Assembly: GCA_964468185.1 (NCBI GenBank)
Contig: CAYXTR010000015.1
Coordinates: 61,837-125,836, forward strand
Direction of reading: 5' to 3'
DNA from: an uncultured Planctomycetales bacterium
Lineage (GTDB): Bacteria; Planctomycetota; Phycisphaerae; UBA1845; Fen-1342
DNA length: 64,000 nucleotides
The position numbers and the translations under genes are program-made. Shown in pieces: positions 10,446-20,850 of this stretch (positions are counted from its first letter, which is position 1; each line of letters starts with the position of its first letter). The notes below the pieces were generated by a model, which had not been told where the DNA came from, made no database searches, and saw only the letters and a list, made by a program, of their open reading frames with translations.

Positions 10446-11144
10446 CTAAGGCACCAACTCGAGCTCGGGCTCCTCCAGGCTGGTCCGGGCCTGCATCCGC
10501 TGCGCCCGGGCATACCCCGCCAACCAACCAGCCGCCCGGTCAATGCCGATCCGCTTTCGCGCATCCGTACAGATGATCTCCGCCCGACCATTGACACGCC
10601 CAATGGTGCGCACCGTCTCATCCAACGCAAAGTCGACCTGCGGCATCAGGTCAAACTTCGTCAGCAGCACCAGGCTCGCCTCGCGATACAACAGCGGGTA
10701 CTTCCTGGCCACGTTGTCGCCCGCAGTCACACTCATGACCGCTACCCGCAAATGCTCACCAAGGTCCGTCGCCGCCTGACAAACCACACTCCCCGTATTC
10801 TCGACAATCACCAGATCCAACGCACCCAGTGGCAAATGCCCCATGGCCGCCTGCACCTGCTCCGCCGTCAGACGACAGTCCCCATCCGTCAGCACCTTGA
10901 CCACGGGCGTTTCAAGCGCCGCCACGCGCTCCGCGTCACACGTCGTCGTCAAGTCACCCTCGATCACGCCCACCCGCAACGACGCTTGCAGCCGCGGAAT
11001 GATCGTCTCCAACAGCGCGGTCTTCCCACACCCCGTCGATCCAATCAGGTTCACGCACAGACAGCCGGCCTGGTCCAACGCCTCGCGATTCTCGCGGGCG
11101 GCGCGCGGGTCGCGCCGCGCTTCATGTACCACTGGAACTTTCAT
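10446..11144 (-). CDS. hypB: Hydrogenase nickel-incorporation GTPase HypB
   Basis: P-loop IGSTGCGKTALLE, 'VIVENTGSVVCQA' and 'LLTKFDL' motifs of HypB/UreG G3E GTPases. Start moved to ATG 11144 (MKVPVVHE); the upstream in-frame extension looks non-coding. Confidence 0.88.
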   Translation of the reverse strand: MKVPVVHEARRDPRAARENREALDQAGCLCVNLIGSTGCGKTALLETIIPRLQASLRVGVIEGDLTTTCDAERVAALETPVVKVLTDGDCRLTAEQVQAAMGHLPLGALDLVIVENTGSVVCQAATDLGEHLRVAVMSVTAGDNVARKYPLLYREASLVLLTKFDLMPQVDFALDETVRTIGRVNGRAEIICTDARKRIGIDRAAGWLAGYARAQRMQARTSLEEPELELVP

Positions 11145-11368
11145 TTGCGTGCTCCGCTCGAGTAGAGATGCTTGCGAACGCCTCGAGTCTTGCTGTGACG
11201 CGGTAGTGTTGTTCGAGTCCGGACTTCCCTGTCCTCGTGCAGCCCCAAACGCACCGCACGCTCCTAAGCCCCCTGACATCCCATACCTTACGGCGTCCTC
11301 TCCCACTCGTCCAGCAAAATCATGAACATCTCGCCTTCAGCCGGCCCTGGGTCCCTCTCATCCCATCA

Positions 11369-13012
11369 TCAGTCGCTCGGCCCCGGTCGCGCCTCCGCCT
11401 GCCACTCGCTCGCTTCCGCCGCCGCCCCCTCACGTGCGTCCGCCAGACCCCGCTCCACCACAATCTGGCTCGACCGCGTATCCCGCACCTCCACCGTTGG
11501 TTCCCGACAACAACGTGCCGGAAACGCAACCGTGAACGTCGAGCCCGCCCCCGGCTTCGACAGCACATGCAAATATCCATGCGCCTGCTCAACCACCTCC
11601 CGCACAATCGACAGCCCCAGACCCGTCCCCGGTATCCCCGCCGTCAACGCCGCATTCCCCCGCCGAAATGCATCAAAAATCGACCCCGCCGTCGGTACGC
11701 CGTCCTTCACCAGCGACGACGCATCCCCCAACCCAATCCCCGTATCCCGTACGATCACGTACACATAGTCACTCACCGTATGCTCCGTACCCAGCCGCGC
11801 CGGCGGCGGCGGCAACGCAGCGCGCTCCTCTGCCGATACCCGCGATCCGCACAACACACGCACCCGGACCTGTCCGTCCTCCGGCGTATACTTGATCGCA
11901 TTCTCAATCAGATTCCCCGCGCAGTCCGCCAGATCCGTTTGCTCCACAAAAGCCACCAACTCCGGACAATCCGGAATATCCCACGTCAACTCAATCCGTT
12001 TATCCCGCGCCACCGACAAGTGTTTGCGACAGAGATCGTCAACAAGGTTGCCCACGTCACAGCGCGATTCCTGATGCCGCCGCGGGTCCGCCTCCTGTAC
12101 CCGTGCCAGCGCCAACAACTCGCCAACCTGCCCAATGCCCTCACGCGCCCGCCGCACAATCTTCTCACACGTCGCCTTGATCCCCTCCTTATCTGTAACG
12201 ATGTCGTCGAGGATCAGATTCGCCAACGTCTGCACCATCGCCAGGGGACTCTTGAGTTGATGTGCCGCCACCTGCATGAAACGCGATCGCCGCTGCTGCA
12301 GATCCTCAATCGCCTGCTGCGATTGCTGCAACGCCGCATTCGTCTTGATCAACATGTCCTCACGTTGATCGAGGATATGCCCAATGCGATCCGTAAAGTA
12401 CAGCGTCCCGAACACAGCCAGCCCGACCATGACCACCACAATGGACACGTACTGCACTTCCGCATGCAGCAGCCCCGTATCGATTACATGCGGCAGAAAC
12501 GGATAGTACGGCAACCACCCGAGTGCTTGCCCGAAACACATCCCCGCATACAGCAGCACTGCCCAGCAGGACAGCAGGAACGCCTGCCACGTCCGCAACA
12601 ACAGCCCCGTAATCGCTACGTGAAACAGGTAAAACAACGAGGCCGGGTTCGCCACGCCACCAGTCAACGTCAGAATGCAGGTCAGCAGCAGCAGGTCCGA
12701 CACGATCTGCGCACTGGCGAACATCTGTCCGCTGCGAATGGCCCGGGCCTGATCCTGTATCGGCTCCGCAAGTTGCCGGTGCAGCAATTGTGATACGACA
12801 ATCCAAATCAGGTTCGAAAGCGCCACGCACAATACCACGGCCAGTAGCTGCCACGGTCGCTCCGCCTCCGGAAACACGAATCGCTCTACCCCCAGCACCG
12901 CCAGTGCCCCAACCGCAAACAGCCATCGCAGCCGAATGAACCAGTGCAACTGGAGCAGTACCACCAGCGCGTAAGGCTTCCCCGCCGTCTCCGAACTACT
13001 CGCCTGCCTCAT
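11369..13012 (-). CDS. Membrane-bound sensor histidine kinase
   Basis: About 6 N-terminal TM helices, H-box 'VAAHQLKSPLAMV', HATPase_c motifs (DTGIGL..., GTGLGLSIV). ATG at 13012 lies 7 nt downstream of the response-regulator stop (operonic). Confidence 0.85.
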   Translation of the reverse strand: MRQASSSETAGKPYALVVLLQLHWFIRLRWLFAVGALAVLGVERFVFPEAERPWQLLAVVLCVALSNLIWIVVSQLLHRQLAEPIQDQARAIRSGQMFASAQIVSDLLLLTCILTLTGGVANPASLFYLFHVAITGLLLRTWQAFLLSCWAVLLYAGMCFGQALGWLPYYPFLPHVIDTGLLHAEVQYVSIVVVMVGLAVFGTLYFTDRIGHILDQREDMLIKTNAALQQSQQAIEDLQQRRSRFMQVAAHQLKSPLAMVQTLANLILDDIVTDKEGIKATCEKIVRRAREGIGQVGELLALARVQEADPRRHQESRCDVGNLVDDLCRKHLSVARDKRIELTWDIPDCPELVAFVEQTDLADCAGNLIENAIKYTPEDGQVRVRVLCGSRVSAEERAALPPPPARLGTEHTVSDYVYVIVRDTGIGLGDASSLVKDGVPTAGSIFDAFRRGNAALTAGIPGTGLGLSIVREVVEQAHGYLHVLSKPGAGSTFTVAFPARCCREPTVEVRDTRSSQIVVERGLADAREGAAAEASEWQAEARPGPSD

Positions 13013-13019
13013 GTACCGA

Positions 13020-13514
13020 TCACTCAGCATCCAACACATCTCCCGATTCGCCCCCGCCACATTGCGCAATCACTCCACGCAATGTAGCAGCATCCAGCGG
13101 CTTTTCGAGAAACCCGTCCGCAGCAGTCCGCTCCGCCTCCGCCCGCAACGGCGCAGATGAAATCAGGATGATCGTTACCCCCCCCAGATCCTCATCCGCC
13201 TTCACCTGCTCAACCAGCTCCAACCCCTCCGTCGGCGTACCGAGCATGATATCCAGCAGCACAACGTCCGGACGCTCCGCACGCATCGCCTGCAAACCTG
13301 CCGGCCCACTGTTGCAACACCTCACGCGGTGGCCCTGCGGCTCCAGCATCAGCCGTACCACATCGTGCATGTCCACATCATCATCGATCAACAAAACGTG
13401 CAACGACTTGTCCACCACGCCCGCTCCCTCGCACCCCACACTGATCTTCCGAGTTGCTGCAAGTTTGAAACAAGCGTACGCCCCCACGGTAACCGTACCA
13501 GGACAACCGGGCAA
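13020..13514 (-). CDS. Single-domain response regulator (CheY-like receiver)
   Basis: 'HVLLIDDDVDMHDVVRLMLE...DVVLLDIMLG...ILISS' receiver motifs with no output domain. True start probably an internal GTG near 13415. Confidence 0.75.
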   Translation of the reverse strand: MPGCPGTVTVGAYACFKLAATRKISVGCEGAGVVDKSLHVLLIDDDVDMHDVVRLMLEPQGHRVRCCNSGPAGLQAMRAERPDVVLLDIMLGTPTEGLELVEQVKADEDLGGVTIILISSAPLRAEAERTAADGFLEKPLDAATLRGVIAQCGGGESGDVLDAE

Positions 13515-13543
13515 ATCCCCGCTGCGGATAGCACTGCGCCAAC

Positions 13544-15928
13544 TCAGCCGCTACGTCCCTCCGCAGATCGCCACGCCGCCACATATGCCTGCCCAAGCGC
13601 GACTCCGCCATCCCCCGCCGGAAACCGGCGCGGGTAACACACCCGCAGCGACTTCCCCATCAAACCCCCCGCCACACCCTCCGCCAGTATGCGATTCGCG
13701 AAGCACCCACCCGTAATCACCACCTGATCAACCCCATGCCGCTCGCACGCGACGCCCGCCGCCTCCACCAGCATGCCCACGACCGTTGCATGAAACCGCG
13801 CCGCCAACGCCTCGACCGCTTCACCCGCTCGACGTGCCCCAACCAGTTCCCGCAAGCCGGGCGACAACGACATCACCAGGCCCTCAGGCCGCTCTTCGAT
13901 TGCATACGGGTAGGGGGGCGGAATACGCGCCACTCGGCGCGCCGCCGCCTCCAGCGCCATCGCCGCTTCCGCCTCATGTCGATTACGTGCGCACAACCCC
14001 AGCAAGAACGCTACGCCATCAAACACCCGTCCCAGGCTCGATGTCATTACCGCATTCAACCCCCGCGCCGCCTGCCGGCTGAACAACTCCACTTCCCCAC
14101 ACGTTACACCTCCGCCGCCCAAGTCACTCAGCTCTACCACCACCTCCCGCCACGCGTCGCCAAACGCTCCCCGTACCAGCGCCGCGGCCGGCCGCCACGT
14201 CTCCACCGCCGCCAAATCTCCACCCACCAGCGGAAAACACGCAAGGTGCCCGACTCGTGCGAACTCACCCTTCTCACAGAGCAGCAACTCCCCACCCCAA
14301 ATCGTCCCGTCCGGCCCATACCCCGTCCCATCACAGGACAGCCCGAGCACCGGCCCACGCCTCCCCCACTCGGCCATCACACTCGCCACATGCGCATGAT
14401 GATGCTGTACCTCCACCCACGGCAACTTCCGTTGCCGGGCATACATCGTCGACAGATATCGCGGATGCATGTCACACGCGACCAACTCCGGCTCAAACCG
14501 GCTCAGCGCCTCCAGCCGCTCAATCGCCCGCGCAAAATGCCGATACGTATCCGGGTGCCCCAGGTCACCCAGATGCTCACTCACAATCGCCTCATTCCCA
14601 TCCAGCAGACACACCGCCGACTTCAACTCCGCCCCAACCGCCAGCACTCGCGCCACCCGCGCACCGTCCCCGGCCGCCCGTATCTCATCGAACGCCGCCA
14701 GCTGCAGCGGCCGTGGGGCATACCCCCGCGCTCTGCGGATCGGCACCGCCTCACCCGCGAACGATAGCACCACCGAATCATCAACGGGACGGAAAATCTC
14801 CCGGTCGTGCGTCAGAAACGCGTCAGCCACGTCGCCCAGCTGCGCAAACGCATCATCGTCCCGATACGTCAACGGCTGCCCCGCGAGATTCGCCGACGTC
14901 ATCACCAGCGGCCCCAGACCCTCCGCAAACAACAAGTGATGCACCGGCGTATACGGCAACATTACCCCCAAATCCCCGCACCCCGGCGCAATCTCCGCCA
15001 CCACGCCCGCATCCTCCCGTTTCCGCCCCAACACAATCGGCGCCGCTACCGACGTCAGCGCCGCCTCGTCACTTGCCTCCAGCGCACACAACTCACGCAC
15101 TGCCGCTACATCCCGTACCATCAGCGCCAGCGGCTTCCCATCCCGCAATTTCTTCACGCGCAACCGCCACACCACCTCAGCATCATCAGCCCGACACGCC
15201 AGGTGATACCCCCCAATCCCCTTGATCGCGAGAATCGCCCCACCCGCTATCAGCCGCGCCGCCTCGCAAATCGCATCCCCCGCAATCTCCTCGGTCCGCT
15301 CACCCGCTACACGCACCAGCCGCAACGCCGGGCCGCAAACAGGGCACGCGTTCGGTTGCGCATGAAACCGCCGATTCCCCGGATCCTCATACTCCGCCCG
15401 ACAATCCGGGCACAGCGCAAACACCGCCATCGTCGTCGCCGGCCGGTCATACGGCACCGTCCGGATGATCGAATACCGCGGCCCGCAATTCGTGCAATTG
15501 ATGAACGGATACCGATATCGCCGGTCATCTGAATCAAACAACTCACGCAGACAATCCGCACACGTCGCCGCGTCCGGCGTCACCTCCGGCCGCCGCGTCG
15601 CATCCGCCTGCGAGACCGCAATCCGAAACCCCGCGTCACCCGTCGGCGTCAACTCTTGTCGCGAAAGCTCCGAAATGCTCGCCAGCGGTGGCAATCCCCG
15701 CACGAGCTCGTCTTCAAACTGCTCAACTGCGCTACCTACGCCCTCAATCTCAATCGTCGCCCCATTGCTGTCATTCGCCACCCACCCCGCCAACCCCTGT
15801 TCCATCGCCAGCCGGTACACATGCGGCCTGAAGCCCACACCCTGCACCTGCCCCCTCAGTTGCAGCCTGCGACGAATTCGAGTTGAGCGACCAGACACAC
15901 GCGCTGCTCCACGCAGTTCAGTAGCCAA
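13544..15928 (-). CDS. hypF: [NiFe]-hydrogenase maturation carbamoyltransferase HypF
   Basis: Acylphosphatase-like N-terminus (RGQVQGVGFRPHVYRLA), zinc-finger pairs (YRYPFINCTNCGPRYSII; CPDCRAEYEDPGNRRFHAQPNACPVCGP), YrdC and Kae1-like C-terminal domains; 794 aa. Confidence 0.9.
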   Translation of the reverse strand: MATELRGAARVSGRSTRIRRRLQLRGQVQGVGFRPHVYRLAMEQGLAGWVANDSNGATIEIEGVGSAVEQFEDELVRGLPPLASISELSRQELTPTGDAGFRIAVSQADATRRPEVTPDAATCADCLRELFDSDDRRYRYPFINCTNCGPRYSIIRTVPYDRPATTMAVFALCPDCRAEYEDPGNRRFHAQPNACPVCGPALRLVRVAGERTEEIAGDAICEAARLIAGGAILAIKGIGGYHLACRADDAEVVWRLRVKKLRDGKPLALMVRDVAAVRELCALEASDEAALTSVAAPIVLGRKREDAGVVAEIAPGCGDLGVMLPYTPVHHLLFAEGLGPLVMTSANLAGQPLTYRDDDAFAQLGDVADAFLTHDREIFRPVDDSVVLSFAGEAVPIRRARGYAPRPLQLAAFDEIRAAGDGARVARVLAVGAELKSAVCLLDGNEAIVSEHLGDLGHPDTYRHFARAIERLEALSRFEPELVACDMHPRYLSTMYARQRKLPWVEVQHHHAHVASVMAEWGRRGPVLGLSCDGTGYGPDGTIWGGELLLCEKGEFARVGHLACFPLVGGDLAAVETWRPAAALVRGAFGDAWREVVVELSDLGGGGVTCGEVELFSRQAARGLNAVMTSSLGRVFDGVAFLLGLCARNRHEAEAAMALEAAARRVARIPPPYPYAIEERPEGLVMSLSPGLRELVGARRAGEAVEALAARFHATVVGMLVEAAGVACERHGVDQVVITGGCFANRILAEGVAGGLMGKSLRVCYPRRFPAGDGGVALGQAYVAAWRSAEGRSG

Positions 15929-15969
15929 TCATCCGTACCAGTGCGACGCACGCCGCCCCGCCTCGTCGA

Positions 15970-17910
15970 CTATTCCTTTCGCGGCCCACGCTCGCCAGCG
16001 GCTTCAAGCTTCACCTTCAGCTTCATTTCCGCGCCATCGCGGACCACCACGACGTCCACCTCGTCACCAGCCTTGAAGCTGCCCAACGCCCGCATGTATC
16101 CGTAAATATCCTTGATCTCGAAATCCGCGATCCGAATGATCCGATCGTCATCCTGCATCCCCGCCGCTTTCGCTGCTCCGCCTTCCATCACCGTGTCCAC
16201 GACCATGCCCGGCTTGTCCGTATTGGCGTGATCCGGAATAATCCCGAACCGCACCTTCGGCCGCTGCGGCCGACCCATGTCCGCCCCCGGACCCGCCGCA
16301 TCCGCCGGCCGCGCCGCGCCCTCCTCATCCTTGGCGCCAGGCTTCTTGTCGAAACCTCGCGGCGGCACATGATCCTGCGACTGGAACGTCGGCCCCGATT
16401 CCATCTCCGCCAGTTGCCGCACAATCTGATGGAACATCCCCAACAGCCGCACCGCTCCGTCCGCATCAATCAACTGCCAGTCATCATCCGGATGGTGATA
16501 CTGCTCATGCAGCCCGGTGATCGGAAACAGATACGGAATCTCCGCCCGATAAAACTCCGCATGATCACTCGCCCCCGTCATCCCCTGCGCCGCCTCAAAG
16601 TCGATCCCAAACCGCTCCGCCGCGGGATGGACGATCATCGGAAACTCCTCCCCGCTCGGCACCCCGAAAACCATCAATCTGTCCTGGCTCAAACGTCCAA
16701 TCATGTCAAAGTTGACCATCGCCTTGATATCAGCCATACGCACCGTCGGATGCGCGCTGTAGTGCTTGCTCCCCAGCAGCCCCATCTCCTCCGCACTGAA
16801 CGCCACGAACATCACATCGCGCCGCAGATCATCCTCCTTCGCCAAAACCCGCGCCATCTCCAGCACCCCCGCCGTCCCCGACGCATTGTCATCCGCCCCG
16901 TTGTGGATCTCCGGTCCCTTCTCCGGCGACCGAAAGTTCGGCACCTTCCCCAGGTGGTCATAGTGTGCCCCCACCATAATGGTCTCATCCGTCTCACCCG
17001 TTCCCGGCAAGAGCCCCATCACATTCCGCGTCGTGAACCGGTTCGGCCGTACCCCCGTCTTCAGCCGCACTTGCAGATCCATGTCCTGCGATAACGACTT
17101 CCGCTCCGTTTCCAGCTTCTCCTGCAGCGCCCGCAATCCCGGCATCCCCGCCCGCTTCAGAAGCGCTTCCGCCACCTCCCGCGAAACATGCACCAGCGGC
17201 ACCTCCAGCGTCTGCTGTGAAAGCTGCTCGTCAAACGGATACAGCTCATCCTCCTCCAGCCCTTCCCGCATCGGCGGATTCACAATCAACAACGCCTTCG
17301 CACCCTCCTGGTACGCTACCCGCGCCTTCGTCGCAAACAACGCATACGCCGACGGCGTCTCACCCCCGAATTCCGCCTCCACCGCATCCGCCCGCGGCTC
17401 ATACCGCAGTATCAACAACACCTTCCCATCCGCATCAAACCCCGCATAATCGTCATACGCGTGTTCCGCTGCCGAAATCCCATAGCCCGCAAACGCCAGC
17501 GGCCCGCGTACGTCCTCCATGCTCGTAAATGGCAGCGGAATCCAGTCCCTCTCCACGCGCCACGTCCTATCCATCCCCTCCACCGCCAGCACCGCATCTT
17601 CCGCGACGATCTTCTTCCCCCGCGTCACCGTAAACGGCTGAAACCACGTCCCATCCACCCCCGCCGGCTTCAGCCCATACTCCGCAAACCGCGCTGCAAT
17701 ATAGTCCGCCGCCTGCTCAATCCCCTCCGTCCCCGGTTGACGCCCCGCCAACTCATCACTCGCCAGGTACTTGATATGCGCCAGGTAGTCATCTGCCGAA
17801 AACGGCGACCCATCCGCCGCCTGCCCCAGCACCAGCGGCGCGCCAGTCAGCACCACCAGCACTACCACCAACCCACTCCGCATCGACCCGCTCAGACGCG
17901 CATTCATCAA
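15970..17910 (-). CDS. Secreted M28-family aminopeptidase with PA domain and C-terminal PDZ domain
   Basis: Signal peptide (LVVVLVVLTGAPLVLGQA), M28 zinc-ligand region (MVGAHYDHLG...NGADDNASG), C-terminal PDZ-like 'GGAAKAAGMQDDDRIIRIADFEIKDIYGYMRAL'. Confidence 0.8.
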   Translation of the reverse strand: MMNARLSGSMRSGLVVVLVVLTGAPLVLGQAADGSPFSADDYLAHIKYLASDELAGRQPGTEGIEQAADYIAARFAEYGLKPAGVDGTWFQPFTVTRGKKIVAEDAVLAVEGMDRTWRVERDWIPLPFTSMEDVRGPLAFAGYGISAAEHAYDDYAGFDADGKVLLILRYEPRADAVEAEFGGETPSAYALFATKARVAYQEGAKALLIVNPPMREGLEEDELYPFDEQLSQQTLEVPLVHVSREVAEALLKRAGMPGLRALQEKLETERKSLSQDMDLQVRLKTGVRPNRFTTRNVMGLLPGTGETDETIMVGAHYDHLGKVPNFRSPEKGPEIHNGADDNASGTAGVLEMARVLAKEDDLRRDVMFVAFSAEEMGLLGSKHYSAHPTVRMADIKAMVNFDMIGRLSQDRLMVFGVPSGEEFPMIVHPAAERFGIDFEAAQGMTGASDHAEFYRAEIPYLFPITGLHEQYHHPDDDWQLIDADGAVRLLGMFHQIVRQLAEMESGPTFQSQDHVPPRGFDKKPGAKDEEGAARPADAAGPGADMGRPQRPKVRFGIIPDHANTDKPGMVVDTVMEGGAAKAAGMQDDDRIIRIADFEIKDIYGYMRALGSFKAGDEVDVVVVRDGAEMKLKVKLEAAGERGPRKE

Positions 17911-18114
17911 TCAGCTCCTCGTGTACTCATGCGGTATCTCCGTCGCCACCGCCGCGCGGTCGGCGTCACCCGCCTCACGCCCGCCACATCTCCGTGGCGA
18001 CAAACCCACCCCACACAATACTATCCGCAAACCCCCACGACGTCTCGCTCACCGACTGCGACCTCCACATGCGAACCCCGCCGGCGTTCGCTCCGGCGCC
18101 ACTTCGCGAATTTC

Positions 18115-18912
18115 TTAATCCGTTACTTCCCTCCCCAGCCGCAACAACAACTCCACACACGAAATCACATCTATCTGATTGTGCAGCAATACGGGCGCCA
18201 GCGGCCCCGCATTCCCCGTCTGAATGAAATGCCGAAACAACTCCGGCACATCCCCGCTCGGCGCATCCCCAACCCGCCTCCGCCCCAGTAGGTGCGCCTC
18301 CAGCGTCGTCAGCTTGCAGTTCGGCACCAGATGCCGCCAGACCCGCCGCGCTGCATGCAACAAATCCACATGCCTGCCCGGCTCCGGCAATCTGATCCCA
18401 TGCAGCCGCGCCCGATCGCGCAGGAACGGCTCATCAAAACTCTTCCCATTAAACGTCACCCACGTATCGCCGTCTGCGATCAATCCCGCCAGCCCCGCCA
18501 GAATCGCCGCCTCCTCGGGATAGTCCCGCGCCTGCAATTGCACCACCCGCAGCGGCTCGCCATCCAGCCGCGCAATCCCGATCAGAAACACCGGCATCCC
18601 CGCAAACCCACCCGTCTCAATATCCAGCACAATCGTCCGGCGCGGATCCACCGCCGTCACCGCAGCCCCCCAGGCGGCACACTCGATCATCCCCCCCAGG
18701 TCTTCGCCCCGCACCGTGTGCTCCGGACACGCCCGCTCAAACGGCGTTTCCAGCAACCAGCACTTCCCGCCCTCACCCACCAACTCGCACCCCCCAACCA
18801 CCTCCGCCAACGACCGCGCTCGCGGCACACCCCGAATCGCCGCACGCCGCACCCGTGCGCCTCCTCCCAGCCGCACCTTCAGTTCATCCAGTCGCGATCG
18901 CCGCGCATCCAT
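18115..18912 (-). CDS. RNase H-like (YprB/PolB-exonuclease-like) domain protein
   Basis: 'IVLDIETGGFAG...VTFNGKSFDEPFL...HNQIDVIS' is the DEDD-type 3'-5' exonuclease signature of this family. Confidence 0.6.
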   Translation of the reverse strand: MDARRSRLDELKVRLGGGARVRRAAIRGVPRARSLAEVVGGCELVGEGGKCWLLETPFERACPEHTVRGEDLGGMIECAAWGAAVTAVDPRRTIVLDIETGGFAGMPVFLIGIARLDGEPLRVVQLQARDYPEEAAILAGLAGLIADGDTWVTFNGKSFDEPFLRDRARLHGIRLPEPGRHVDLLHAARRVWRHLVPNCKLTTLEAHLLGRRRVGDAPSGDVPELFRHFIQTGNAGPLAPVLLHNQIDVISCVELLLRLGREVTD

Positions 18913-18923
18913 GCCAGCACCCG

Positions 18924-20066
18924 CTACTCAACGCCAATCCGCGCCGCATCCATCCCCGCCACCAATCGCCGCACCGCCTGCTCCACATCCTCCGCCCCCA
19001 GCACCGCCCGACACACCGCTACACAATCCGCACCAGCCGCCGCCACCTCCCGCACATTCTCCGCGTCAATCCCACCGATCGCCACAATCGGCAACGCCGT
19101 CCGCCCCCGCGCCCACGCCAGCATCTCCACGCCCGCGATATGCTCCTGCGGCTTCGTCACGCTCTGGAACATCGGACCTGCGGCCACGTAATCCGGCTCC
19201 TCGCTCAGCGCTGCCTCAAACTGCTCCCGCGTATGCGTACTCTTCCCGACCAGCACACCCGCCCCGGCTACCCGCCGCGCGTCCCGCACCGACAAATCCC
19301 CTTGCCCCACGTGACAGACATCCGCCCCCGCCAGCCGCGCGATATCCGGCCGGTCATTCACCGCCAGCAGCGCGCCATGCTCTCGTGTCAACGACCGCAA
19401 CTGCTTCGCCCGCTGCAACAACTCCCCACCCTCCAGTTCCTTCTCCCGCAACTGTACGCATCCTACCCCGCCGCGCAACGCCACCGCCGCCGTCTCCAGC
19501 CAATCACCCCGACAAAACCCCTCGGTCAACAGTAGGTACACTCGCACATCACGAAACCGTCGCCGCAACGCTCCGCGCAACACAATTCGCTGCTCCAGCT
19601 CATACGCCCGATACCGCAGCGTTTCCGCCGCCCCAGCCCCCTCACCCGCCAGCAGCTTCCCATACTCCCCCAACCCGCGCCCCGCCTCCTGCAACCGCAC
19701 GAACGCCGCCCGCACGACCGCCTCCACCGAATCCCGCTGCAGCTCCCGCTCCGTCTTCACCTCCCGCCCGACATCACCGACAATATCCCGCGCTCCCAGC
19801 AGCCCCTCCGCCCCGATCGCCTCCACAATCCCCACCAGCGCATGCCGGCACGCCTTCACCGCCCCCGCCGCCTCACCATCATCCAGCACAAACCGCGCAT
19901 AATCCTCAATCACCCGCAGCGCTTCCCGCGCCCGGTTCACATTCACATCCACGATCCGCAGGACAGTCGTATCCAAGCTCACTCCACCAGGCCGCGTCTC
20001 CCCCCAATTGTGGCACCGGTTTTCAACCGGTGCATCCACAACGCGGAAGTCATCCGCACATCCCAC
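18924..20066 (-). CDS. thiE: Thiamine-phosphate synthase ThiE with about 170-aa N-terminal extension
   Basis: C-terminal 210 aa carry ThiE motifs (VRVYLLLTEG..., GADVCHVGQGD, IVAIGGI). The N-terminal 170 aa are in the same frame with no stop. Confidence 0.75.
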   Translation of the reverse strand: MGCADDFRVVDAPVENRCHNWGETRPGGVSLDTTVLRIVDVNVNRAREALRVIEDYARFVLDDGEAAGAVKACRHALVGIVEAIGAEGLLGARDIVGDVGREVKTERELQRDSVEAVVRAAFVRLQEAGRGLGEYGKLLAGEGAGAAETLRYRAYELEQRIVLRGALRRRFRDVRVYLLLTEGFCRGDWLETAAVALRGGVGCVQLREKELEGGELLQRAKQLRSLTREHGALLAVNDRPDIARLAGADVCHVGQGDLSVRDARRVAGAGVLVGKSTHTREQFEAALSEEPDYVAAGPMFQSVTKPQEHIAGVEMLAWARGRTALPIVAIGGIDAENVREVAAAGADCVAVCRAVLGAEDVEQAVRRLVAGMDAARIGVE

Positions 20067-20112
20067 CCCACCATCAGCCTAATTTATGCCCCCCCCCATT
20101 TCCACCCATTCG

Positions 20113-20541
20113 TCAGCCCGCTGGCGCTGGCGTCCAGAGTGCCAGAGAGATGCGAAAAACATGAAACGCCCCCACGAGCACCGGAAACGCCCCCAACACA
20201 ATCGCCCACTTCGCCAGCTTTCGGCCGATCCGCTCGTTGTGACGCCCGACAATCTCACAAATCGCCACCACCAGCACCACCATGCTGAACTTGAACAGCA
20301 CGACTCCCAACAGATTGTGATTGCGAATGATCCAGTCCGCCAGAATATTCAACTCCACCCCTTCATCATGCAGAATCACCCACGTCAGCATGATGTCCAT
20401 CGCCCCCAGAAACACGAACCCCGTGTACAGCGTCGGATACAGCACCGGCCGCCGCAGAAACGGCTCACCCCGCCTCGACGGCCCCGCCGCGTACGATGCA
20501 GCAGGCACTCTCTCGGACTCACTGTCACGCACGACACTCAT
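20113..20541 (-). CDS. Small polytopic membrane protein (possibly DUF5658-like)
   Basis: ATG at 20541 (MSVVRDSE...); 3-4 TM helices; 'GVELNILADWI' resembles the E-x-N-P-type motif of a small membrane protein family. Assignment tentative. Confidence 0.45.
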   Translation of the reverse strand: MSVVRDSESERVPAASYAAGPSRRGEPFLRRPVLYPTLYTGFVFLGAMDIMLTWVILHDEGVELNILADWIIRNHNLLGVVLFKFSMVVLVVAICEIVGRHNERIGRKLAKWAIVLGAFPVLVGAFHVFRISLALWTPAPAG

Positions 20542-20751
20542 GGGGGAGATTTTAACCCCGCCCCCGGCATCCACGCCCGTAAAATCTCGTCGCAACTTGC
20601 ATGAAAACCCGTCACGCCAGTCAAGCGTAGCATCGGCCTCCGCCCCGTACTGGCGGATCCATCTCCGCTCGGTCAGAAGTGTAGCGCCCGACCGCCGCGT
20701 TGCCCAAACGTCACCAACCACCCTCCGTTACGTGCCTGGACCGCTCGACCC

Positions 20752-20850
20752 GTGGGTCCCACGCCTCCACCTCTCAATCCCTCAATCCCCCAATCCCTCC
20801 CCGCAGCGCCGCGTTCCCTTCCTTATCGATCTCTCGATCTCTCCCCCGCC
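20752..20850. repeat. Member of the same intergenic repeat family
   Basis: CTCAATCCCTCAATCCCCCAATCCCTCC ... CTTATCGATCTCTCGATCTCTCCCCC. Confidence 0.6.

Noticed and set aside
11237-12793. 518-aa ORF on + strand
   Set aside because: Antisense to the histidine kinase gene; Arg/Pro/His/Gln-rich shadow frame.
18716-20164. 482-aa Pro/Ala-rich ORF on + strand
   Set aside because: Antisense to thiE; extreme P/A/S/T composition and no domain signal.
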